DNA of 64,000 nt. It comes from Providencia lanzhouensis (GTDB taxonomy: Bacteria > Pseudomonadota > Gammaproteobacteria > Enterobacterales > Enterobacteriaceae). Location: positions 1-64,000 of the forward strand of contig NZ_CP174123.1 of NCBI RefSeq assembly GCF_050469745.1, in the 5' to 3' direction. The notes under the pieces were generated by a model that ran no database searches, had not been told where the DNA came from, and saw nothing but the letters and a program-made list of their open reading frames with translations. Position 1 is the first letter of the stretch, and every line of letters begins with the position of its first letter. Positions 22,679 to 30,482 of this stretch are shown here, one piece after another. The position numbers were made by a program, and so were the translations under genes.

Positions 22679-23256
22679 TGCAAACTTGGCTAAGCCCGCG
22701 AATTAAATTACTGATTACCCTTGCGGGTTTGCTGATCGCTATTCAAATCGCCAATAGTTTAAGTGGCTACGCGCTTGTTGGGTTCGGCATCCAACCAAGA
22801 ACGCTGCACGGGCTGGTGGGGATTATCTTCGCCCCACTGATCCACGGTGATTGGGCACATCTTCTGAGTAATCTGCCGCCGTTACTGGTTTTAAGCGCCC
22901 TGCTGCTGCATGATTCCATTCGAAAATATGCTTATGCCAGCGCGTTTATTATTGTGGTTGGCGGCTTGATTGTCTGGCTAGTGGGCAGAAATGCGCTGCA
23001 CATTGGCGCTAGCGGCTGGATTTTTGGGCTTTGGGGCTTATTGATTGCCCAAGGTTTTTTCCGCCGCAAACTGTTAGATATCGTTATCGCCCTGTTAGTA
23101 CTGTTCTATTTTGGTGCGATGGCGAGCGGGTTATTGCCTGTTCACCAGCAAATATCGACAGAATCCCATATTGCCGGTGCTATCGCCGGAATTGCCTATG
23201 CATGGTTAGCCAATAAAAAATTAAAAGCGACGCCGCCGACTACCCTTTCAAAGTAA
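22678..23256 (+). CDS. Short rhomboid-family intramembrane serine protease
   Basis: 192 aa, about 6 TM. Catalytic Ser is in GASGWIFGLWG (the GxSG motif) and catalytic His in AHIAGAIAGIAYAW, the arrangement of GlpG. Its ATG overlaps the upstream stop (ATAATG). Confidence 0.8.
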   Translation: MQTWLSPRIKLLITLAGLLIAIQIANSLSGYALVGFGIQPRTLHGLVGIIFAPLIHGDWAHLLSNLPPLLVLSALLLHDSIRKYAYASAFIIVVGGLIVWLVGRNALHIGASGWIFGLWGLLIAQGFFRRKLLDIVIALLVLFYFGAMASGLLPVHQQISTESHIAGAIAGIAYAWLANKKLKATPPTTLSK

Positions 23257-23902
23257 CCCGATATACACAGCGCCCTGCGCCATCAAGCAGGTATTGCTCC
23301 CGTTCAACATTCACCTTTTCCCCTAATACTTCGCGAAATAGTGCCAATTCAGAACGGCAAAAGTTTTGGCACGCGGTTGCCGCCGCGCAGATAGGGCAAT
23401 GGTTTTCGATAAATAACCAGCTATCGCCTTCCTGCTCAACCTTCGCCATATAGCCCTCTTCGCTACGAACCTCAGCGAGTGCAGCTAAACATTGTTCTAA
23501 TGGCAGCCCTTGGCAGCGCCCCAAATATTTACTGCGACTTTCCACTTCTCGCTGTTCAATCAGTTTTTCTAGCCCCTCATCACCAAAAATGGTTTTCACT
23601 GAATCAATGAGCTGCAAAGCCAGCTGGGCATGGGTATCGGGAAAACGTTGATGTCCCAGTTCCGTTAATACCCAATTTTGCCGAGGACGCCCAGCGCCAG
23701 ATTGTGCGGTGCATTGAACACCTTCCACCAGCCCCAGTGACGTTAATTTATGGATATGCTGGCGTGCTGCTTCCCCCGTTAAACCCAGGTCATGGGCAAT
23801 CACTGCTGTGGAAACGGGTCCTTTGGTTTTGATGCAAAACAGCACCTTATCCACTGCTTGAGTGAGATTTAGATTATCAAAGTATTTACTTGCTTTATTC
23901 AT
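23240..23902 (-). CDS. Winged-helix (ArsR/MarR-like) transcriptional regulator with a Cys-rich C-terminal domain
   Basis: 220 aa. N-terminal wHTH (VSTAVIAHDLGLTGEAARQHIHKLTSLGLVE) and a C-terminal HCPICAAATACQNFC cluster. Transcribed divergently from the MFS gene at 23977. Confidence 0.65.
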   Translation of the reverse strand: MNKASKYFDNLNLTQAVDKVLFCIKTKGPVSTAVIAHDLGLTGEAARQHIHKLTSLGLVEGVQCTAQSGAGRPRQNWVLTELGHQRFPDTHAQLALQLIDSVKTIFGDEGLEKLIEQREVESRSKYLGRCQGLPLEQCLAALAEVRSEEGYMAKVEQEGDSWLFIENHCPICAAATACQNFCRSELALFREVLGEKVNVEREQYLLDGAGRCVYRVTLKG

Positions 23903-23976
23903 AGTGTAATTTTATTATCCAAGCCAATACTTGGATAATACCCTTTTCTTTACTCTTTCGTCCAGCAGGTCTGCGT

Positions 23977-25428
23977 ATGAGCAACAAAACAGTCACCGAA
24001 TCCAATAAAAACGGCACCAAATCCAATGAAACCAGTACCGAATCTCAAGGAAAATGGGCTGATTTACTCAGCGGCACCAATGCGTTATTGACGATAGCCC
24101 TCACAGGTGGCGTCGCACTTCATGCTATCAATATTTATATTGTCACCACGATTTTACCGAGTGTCGTCAATGATATTGGCGGTCTTGAATATTATGCGTG
24201 GAACACCACGCTGTTTGTGGCAACCTCCATTATTGGTTCTGCATTATCCAGTAAAGTACTGGACAGCCTAGGACCTAAACTTGCCTATCTTAGCGCTCTG
24301 TTACTGTTTTCCTTGGGCGCCATTTGGTGTGCATCCTCACCGTCCATGCTCACCTTATTGGGTGGGCGCGCCTTGCAAGGGCTTGGCGGCGGAATGTTAT
24401 TCGCGCTTAGCTATGCGCTGATCCGTATTGTCTTCACGCCAAACTTGTGGTCTCGCGCCATGGGGGTGATATCCGGTATGTGGGGGATAGCTACGTTGTG
24501 TGGTCCTGCTATTGGCGGTATTTTTGCTCAAGGGGGTCATTGGCGCTGGGCTTTTTGGGCTTTATTGCCCGTGGCGGTTGTGCTGGCAGTAATTGTTATC
24601 AACCAATTGCCGGGGAAAAAATCTCAGCAATCGCAAACAACAAAAATTCCCATTTTTGCGATTTCACTGTTAGTTATTTCCGTACTTGCTATCTCAATTG
24701 GCAGTTTATCGGAAAGCTTGCTCAGCAATCTTATCGGATTATTTATTGGTATTGCCTTACTCATCACCATTGCGCTTATTGATGGTAAAAATGGAAAGCG
24801 TTTACTCCCCACAGGGGCTTACTCCCTAAAAACTCAGCTTGGGGTTATTTTCCTGACAATGGGTTTACTGGTGGGGGGAATGACCACCGAAATTTATGTG
24901 CCTTACTTCCTGCAAACCATTCACCAGTTTTCACCATTGATGGCAGGTTATTTAACTGCCGTGATGGCAGCGGGGTGGACGGTGGGTGCTTTACTCAGCG
25001 CTAATAAAACGGGTGCCATCGTTTTACGCATCCTTAAAGCGGGTCCCGTTATCATCCTGGTATCGCTGATAATTCTAGCGGTTCTAACCCCTAATCTGGA
25101 TTTGGTTAACTCCATTCCATTATTTATTCTTTACCTACTCGCCATGATGGGAGTTGGATTAGGAATTGGCATCTGCTGGCCTCATTTAGTTCTGCGAGTA
25201 TTTAATGCGGCACCTAAAGGGGAAGAAAACTTAGCATCCTCTTCAGTGATTACGATCCAATTGTATGCAACTGCCTTATCTGCGGCATTAGTGGGCGTGG
25301 TGGTCAATAATAGCGGATTGATTAATCCTGGTGGGTTAGTTGGTGCTCAACAAGCCTCTGTCTGGTTATTTACCCTGTTTGCTATTAGCCCATTCTTGGC
25401 TGCAGTTTTAATTCGCAAAGTTAAATAA
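23977..25428 (+). CDS. MFS transporter (14-TMS, DHA2-like) with a hydrophilic N-terminal extension
   Basis: 483 aa with multiple TM helices and Gly-rich MFS motifs. Forms a divergent regulator/efflux pair with 23240..23902. Confidence 0.8.
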   Translation: MSNKTVTESNKNGTKSNETSTESQGKWADLLSGTNALLTIALTGGVALHAINIYIVTTILPSVVNDIGGLEYYAWNTTLFVATSIIGSALSSKVLDSLGPKLAYLSALLLFSLGAIWCASSPSMLTLLGGRALQGLGGGMLFALSYALIRIVFTPNLWSRAMGVISGMWGIATLCGPAIGGIFAQGGHWRWAFWALLPVAVVLAVIVINQLPGKKSQQSQTTKIPIFAISLLVISVLAISIGSLSESLLSNLIGLFIGIALLITIALIDGKNGKRLLPTGAYSLKTQLGVIFLTMGLLVGGMTTEIYVPYFLQTIHQFSPLMAGYLTAVMAAGWTVGALLSANKTGAIVLRILKAGPVIILVSLIILAVLTPNLDLVNSIPLFILYLLAMMGVGLGIGICWPHLVLRVFNAAPKGEENLASSSVITIQLYATALSAALVGVVVNNSGLINPGGLVGAQQASVWLFTLFAISPFLAAVLIRKVK

Positions 25429-25437
25429 TCAGACCAT

Positions 25438-25476
25438 AGAAGGATGCTCAATCACGAGCATCTTTCTATTTTGTTG
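25438..25476 (+). terminator. Intrinsic terminator after the MFS gene
   Basis: Stem agaaggatgctc / gagcatctttct with loop aatcac, then attttgttg. Confidence 0.65.
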
Positions 25477-25595
25477 ATTATTTTTTAAATAAAAATAATG
25501 GGTTAGAAATTTCTCTCGAAAATTCCTTATTGGTTTTAAATTCCCGTAGAGATAGACACTCAGGCCCGTGAATCATTTTTTGTCTATTAAATGAA

Positions 25596-25626
25596 AAGTG
25601 CGCCTTTATTCGGCGCACTTTTTTCT
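25596..25626. terminator. Bidirectional terminator downstream of the minus-strand DHA2 MFS gene
   Basis: Stem aagtgcgcc / ggcgcactt with loop tttattc; U-runs follow on both strands. Confidence 0.65.
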
Positions 25627-25659
25627 TAATTTTTAGACAAGGTTATTTGAACAATATTG

Positions 25660-27150
25660 TTAGGCAGTACGCTTTTGACGAAAGAAAAAAGGTAGAACCA
25701 AAATACTCACCACCAGCACGATTACAGTAGCAATCATGACAGACATAAATGCGCTATCAAATGCTATACTCGCCTGACTCACTAAGAGACTTGCACTATC
25801 TTGCGATAACCCTTCAGCCACAATTAACGCTTCATCAAGGCTATCATAGACTTTGTCTGCTACCGTTAAACCTGCCGGTAATACCAGCTTCGCGGTATAA
25901 ACTGCACTCATCAAGCCACCCATAAATGTTACACCGAGCACGCTACCTAGCTCGTAAGCCACTTCTTCAATGGATGCTGCCATTCCTGCTTTTTCATCTG
26001 GCGCATTTAACATGATGGTCGTTGATGCTGTGGTAAAAATGGCACCTAATCCGAATCCAACACAGAATAAGAATGACAGTAATACCAAGCCGGTTGAGGT
26101 TTTGAATACCCACGCAACCCCAATAACGCCCACTAGTGTGCAAATAAATCCTAAAATCATCATTAGCTTAGCGCCGACTTTATGCAGGTATATGCCCGCT
26201 AACGGAGACGCTAACACAGACGCAATCGGGATCGGAATAATGTATAACGCCGCCTCGAATGGGGTATAACCTAATACCAACTGCAAGCGCTGACTTAGCA
26301 AAAGCTCGACACCAACGATAATCACGATGGATAAAATCGCCATCATAATACCCGCAAAAAATCGAGGGTCGCCAAGTAATTTGAAATCAATCATGGGCGA
26401 TTCTGATGCTAACTGTCGACGGCTAAAAATAACCAAGAAGGCAATGCCGATAGCCCCTGCAATAAGTAACGTGAACCAATCAATATTGGCTTTTCCAAGT
26501 TCTTTCAAGGCGTAAATTGAACCAATCAGCCCCACCAAGACAAACAAAGAGCCTAAATAATCAATCGGTTGCTGCGAATTTCTCGTACTTTTTGGTATTA
26601 AAGAAAGCGCAAATGGGATCACCAACAGCACGACAGGTACGTTGATTAAAAAGACGGAGCCCCACCAGAAATGATTAAGTAATACACCGCCGACTAATGG
26701 TCCAATTGCCGCACCACCCGATGCCACTGCAGACCAAATACCAATCGCCAGTGCCCGCTCTTTCGGATCTAAAAATACTTGGCGAACAATGGCTAATGTC
26801 GCTGGCATACTAATCGCAGCACCCACCGCTAAGAAACCTCGAGATAAAATTAAGCTCAATGCACTCGGCGAAAATGCCGCGCACAGAGAAGCCAAGGCGA
26901 ATAAAGGCAGCCCAAGCATAAACATCCGCTTATGACCTACTTTATCACTTAACATACCCGCAGCAGGCAATAGCCCCGCAACCACTAGCGGGTAAGCATT
27001 CATGATCCATAATTTTTCAGACGCTGTTGCACCTAGATCATGGGTGAGCTTAGGCAGTGCGGTATATAGCACGGTGACATCAATGACGATGAGAAATAAA
27101 ACACTCGATACTAAGAGTAGAATAATCCAACGTTTATAATCTGCTATCAT
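25660..27150 (-). CDS. MFS DHA2-family (EmrB/QacA-like) 14-TMS drug:H+ antiporter
   Basis: 496 aa with typical DHA2 features. Divergent from a TetR regulator. Confidence 0.85.
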   Translation of the reverse strand: MIADYKRWIILLLVSSVLFLIVIDVTVLYTALPKLTHDLGATASEKLWIMNAYPLVVAGLLPAAGMLSDKVGHKRMFMLGLPLFALASLCAAFSPSALSLILSRGFLAVGAAISMPATLAIVRQVFLDPKERALAIGIWSAVASGGAAIGPLVGGVLLNHFWWGSVFLINVPVVLLVIPFALSLIPKSTRNSQQPIDYLGSLFVLVGLIGSIYALKELGKANIDWFTLLIAGAIGIAFLVIFSRRQLASESPMIDFKLLGDPRFFAGIMMAILSIVIIVGVELLLSQRLQLVLGYTPFEAALYIIPIPIASVLASPLAGIYLHKVGAKLMMILGFICTLVGVIGVAWVFKTSTGLVLLSFLFCVGFGLGAIFTTASTTIMLNAPDEKAGMAASIEEVAYELGSVLGVTFMGGLMSAVYTAKLVLPAGLTVADKVYDSLDEALIVAEGLSQDSASLLVSQASIAFDSAFMSVMIATVIVLVVSILVLPFFFRQKRTA

Positions 27151-27243
27151 AAAATCTTCTCAACTTGTTTAATTGATCACCTTGATGGATGATCGTGCTA
27201 TAATATAATTCCATACGTACGTATTGAAAAGAGGTTTTTTTAA

Positions 27244-27783
27244 ATGGGACGTCAACGAACAATCGATCGCGAAAAAGTGCTAGAAGCCGCAGAAGAGATT
27301 GTCATTAATCAAGGTGCTACCGCACTGACGATTGATGCAGTCGCCAAATCAATGGGGATTTCTAAAGGGGGAGTCCAATACTGCTTTGGTAACAAAGAAG
27401 CCTTAATTGATGCCATATTTGAACGCTGGAGCCACTCTTACGATGAAATTTTCAGTAAAGCAATAGCCCAAGATAACAGCCCTGAAGGTCGAGTGATTGC
27501 CCACATAAAAGCCACAGCGGATCACGATAAAACCAGTATCGCCAAAGGTGCCGCATTAATGGCTTCTCTGCTTCAAACACCTGAGTATTTAGAAAGCACC
27601 CGTAAATGGTATCGAGAACGCATTGCGCGTTTAGATTTATCAACCGAAAGTGGCAAACGCGCTAGATTGTTATTTTTAGCCACTGAAGGCACTTTTATTT
27701 TGCGCCATTTTGGTTTGATGGATATTGATGATGCAGAATGGCAATCAATATTCAGCGATATCGAAAACACGTTTAAAGTTTAG
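27244..27783 (+). CDS. TetR-family transcriptional regulator
   Basis: 179 aa; N-terminal TetR HTH (LTIDAVAKSMGISKGGVQYCFGNKEALIDAIF). Confidence 0.85.
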   Translation: MGRQRTIDREKVLEAAEEIVINQGATALTIDAVAKSMGISKGGVQYCFGNKEALIDAIFERWSHSYDEIFSKAIAQDNSPEGRVIAHIKATADHDKTSIAKGAALMASLLQTPEYLESTRKWYRERIARLDLSTESGKRARLLFLATEGTFILRHFGLMDIDDAEWQSIFSDIENTFKV

Positions 27784-27852
27784 GTGAAAATCCATTTTTG
27801 ATATATCTAACACTCTCTTTTTTATATTTTTATCTAAAAAGGAGAGTATTCA

Positions 27853-28785
27853 ATGAAGAAAATAAGTCATGAGTATACAGGTAAAATACTGCAACCACAT
27901 ATTGAACAAAACCAATCCGCTTTGGCGAAACCTAAAAATAAAAAAAACGGGTTTATAGAGAGAGTAAACAGGTTGTTTAATACCTGCTTGTTTAACACAT
28001 TGTTAAAACGCCCCAAGAAAACAAAAAATACAGAAATCATCCCTTCCCATCAAAGTTTCGTAAAGCTGACAATACCAGAGAATCCTTCTCCACAAAAAAT
28101 AGAAAAAAATACGAATTTAGCGCCTAATGATATACATATTGAGCCTATAATCGCAAAAATAGTACCAAGCGAAATAGACCAGTTCACAGAAAAGTTGCAT
28201 CGCCTCAATATCATCTTTAAAAATGATGCGTTCGGCGCTGATCATCGACCTATCTTTTTAGTCAAAAATCACTCGACATGTCGCGCGCGCTCCCTCAGCA
28301 AACACAATGAACTTGGTGAGAAGGAATATGACACGCTCACCCTCAACATGCGTCATTATCTTGGTAAAGGGGAATATGGAACCGCCTATCGCGTGGGTAA
28401 CTTTGCGATTAAAATTCCTCATCGCGATTTAAACTTTAAATACAATAAATATGCGAAATATGATCGCTGCGCCAGAGTATTAAATGAGGTAAATCAAGAT
28501 ATTAACTTTGCACGATCTACTACGCTCGCAAATGGCAATGCCATTTTAGTCACTAAGTTTATTGATGGGAGATCGATAACAGGTAAGGAGGCTTCTGGTT
28601 TTGTTGAATCCCGGGGACGCACTCTTTTTGATCATGGCTCCGAAGGCAACGTAAGAAAAGATAGGCAGAATAACCTATTTTTAATTGATGCTGATTTTGC
28701 TGCGCAACCTAACCAGCTAAATCGCACCCTGTCTATAGGTACCATTAAAATCTATAAGCGTTATGAAAATAACGATATCCATTAG
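27853..28785 (+). CDS. Protein-kinase-like protein (atypical, OspG/NleH/RIO-like motifs) in an AT-rich islet
   Basis: 310 aa. Gly-rich loop LGKGEYGTAYRV (GxGxxG), VAIK-like Lys (FAIKIP), Glu in ARVLNEV, a catalytic-loop-like DHGSEGNVRKD, and LIDADFA in the DFG position. The N-terminal ~150 aa are low-complexity and K/N-rich. Local GC is well below the neighbouring genes. Confidence 0.55.
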   Translation: MKKISHEYTGKILQPHIEQNQSALAKPKNKKNGFIERVNRLFNTCLFNTLLKRPKKTKNTEIIPSHQSFVKLTIPENPSPQKIEKNTNLAPNDIHIEPIIAKIVPSEIDQFTEKLHRLNIIFKNDAFGADHRPIFLVKNHSTCRARSLSKHNELGEKEYDTLTLNMRHYLGKGEYGTAYRVGNFAIKIPHRDLNFKYNKYAKYDRCARVLNEVNQDINFARSTTLANGNAILVTKFIDGRSITGKEASGFVESRGRTLFDHGSEGNVRKDRQNNLFLIDADFAAQPNQLNRTLSIGTIKIYKRYENNDIH

Positions 28786-28794
28786 CTTAGAATT

Positions 28795-28833
28795 AAAAAA
28801 ACCAACAACGTAATACACGCTGTTGGTTTTTGA
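28795..28833. terminator. Bidirectional terminator between the kinase-like gene (+) and the amidase-like gene (-)
   Basis: aaaaaaaccaacaacg-taatacac-gctgttggttttt; an imperfect stem flanked by A- and T-runs. Confidence 0.5.
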
Positions 28834-28846
28834 TTAATCGCGACCG

Positions 28847-29923
28847 TTATTGCTTATCATACACACTCGGTACAAACACATTTCGTCCGATCATTTTCTC
28901 GATTTGCTTATTTAAAATGGTTTCTCGGTAGTGTTTATGATTGCCTTGAGGCTCATGTAAGTAGGTATTTTTCGGGTAAATTGGCGTTTCATAAATGAGT
29001 TGAGCACATTCAGTCCGAATATCTTTCAGCCAATTACTGACCGAAGCATTGGCGCGGTGATGGCGCATCGCTTCGATATCAATCACCCCATAAACATAGG
29101 TAGAACCATTAGTATCCTCTTGTTTACCCACGATTTTACCCTTGTAGTCCACAATCAGTGAACGACCGCCACCACAGTCAATTGGCGCTTGTGTGGTTGG
29201 GAACATATACATTGAGCCAATATTCGGCGCCACAACATAGAAATTATTTTCCAACGCACGGGCGCGGTTAGAAATTTCAAACAGGTCATTTTCAGTAAAT
29301 GGCGTTGGTAATGAAGCGCGGTACACCACTTCTGCCCCATTTAATGCCAGACCACGACCGTTTTCAGGGAAGTTTCCTTCCATGGCCATCATTACCCCTA
29401 ATCGACCAATTTCAGTATCAACCACCGGCCAGAAAGATTGTAATGAACGCCCATATTTTTTTATCCACTCATCGTACAGATCATGAGGCGATGCCGAACG
29501 TTCACACGGCAACAAAGAGGACATTTTATGGTGTTTCAGGATAATGTTGCCTTTGGGATCAATAACAAACCCAACGTTAAACATAATTCCTGGCCAATCA
29601 GGATCACGAGTTTTCGCTTGCGCCATGATGTACACATTTTGAGATTTCGCTAATTCACCCAGTCTATCAGTCTCAGGGCCTGGAATATCAATAGCGCCAT
29701 CTTTTAAGAATTCAGCAATCGGTAAATCCAATGCTTCATCGTTGAAACCTTGTAAAGCACCTTCAGGGAGAACAAGTAAACGAACAGGGAGATCCAATGA
29801 AGATAGCCACAGCGCACCGTGAGATAGCTCCTCAAGATGGTCGATATTTTTCATAATATCGCTACGCGTTTTTATTCCCCACGTTGTTGGCACTAAACCC
29901 ACTACACCATATGGCTTTATCAT
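28847..29923 (-). CDS. Nitrilase-superfamily aliphatic amidase/formamidase homologue (AmiE/AmiF-like) with the catalytic Cys position occupied by Ala
   Basis: 358 aa. The catalytic Glu motif is present (LVLPEGALQGF, cf. AmiE VVFPEYSLQGI) and so is the Lys region (ILKHHKMSSLLPCE). The Cys motif reads VMMAMEGNFPE where AmiE has LIICDDGNYPE. The DNA reads ...gtaatgatggccatggaaggaaacttccctgaa... on the minus strand, so the Ala is real in this sequence. Confidence 0.7.
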   Translation of the reverse strand: MIKPYGVVGLVPTTWGIKTRSDIMKNIDHLEELSHGALWLSSLDLPVRLLVLPEGALQGFNDEALDLPIAEFLKDGAIDIPGPETDRLGELAKSQNVYIMAQAKTRDPDWPGIMFNVGFVIDPKGNIILKHHKMSSLLPCERSASPHDLYDEWIKKYGRSLQSFWPVVDTEIGRLGVMMAMEGNFPENGRGLALNGAEVVYRASLPTPFTENDLFEISNRARALENNFYVVAPNIGSMYMFPTTQAPIDCGGGRSLIVDYKGKIVGKQEDTNGSTYVYGVIDIEAMRHHRANASVSNWLKDIRTECAQLIYETPIYPKNTYLHEPQGNHKHYRETILNKQIEKMIGRNVFVPSVYDKQ

Positions 29924-30257
29924 AATAATTCTCCGATTTTATTTTCGATTTACCTGCATTTGGCATTGTTCAAAAATCAAACTCATCGAATATTATTCAT
30001 ATGTTAAATTTATGTCAAATAAATATTAAATTATACTTTTTGGATATTCACACTTAATCCATTCAATACTTCACGCTAATATTTAAAATAAAAAATCAGG
30101 CTATAAACATATTAACAATCTAGTGATTATCTTATTAGTTATAAATATAACCTCGCGTTACTTTATTTTAAAATACATAAATATCAATTAGATGAAAAAT
30201 TATTGCTATTTTTAATTTCCTCATAAAATTAATATAGGAAAACATTTTCATTCTTAA

Positions 30258-30332
30258 AAACAGAAACAAAAACTGCGAGTAAACTTAAGTTTTATTAATA
30301 TTTAATCCAAAAACAAAAACTGCAATAAATAT
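30258..30332. repeat. Two copies of an AAAAACAAAAACTGC(G/A)A(G/A)TAAA motif in the 560-bp AT-rich divergent promoter region
   Basis: aaaaacagaaacaaaaactgcgagtaaac (30258..30286) and atccaaaaacaaaaactgcaataaat (30307..30332) are direct repeats ~50 bp apart. They lie upstream of the MFS gene at 30483. Confidence 0.4.
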
Positions 30333-30482
30333 CCTATTTCTGCATTTATTGTACATTTAATTAACATTTCTATTGTGATTTAACTTAAAAAAGTAAAGTG
30401 TAATGTCGGCTTTTCAGATTTAAAAAATATACGTACTTGCCATTAAAAAAATATCGGTCGAATAACGATTAGAGAGTGATTT

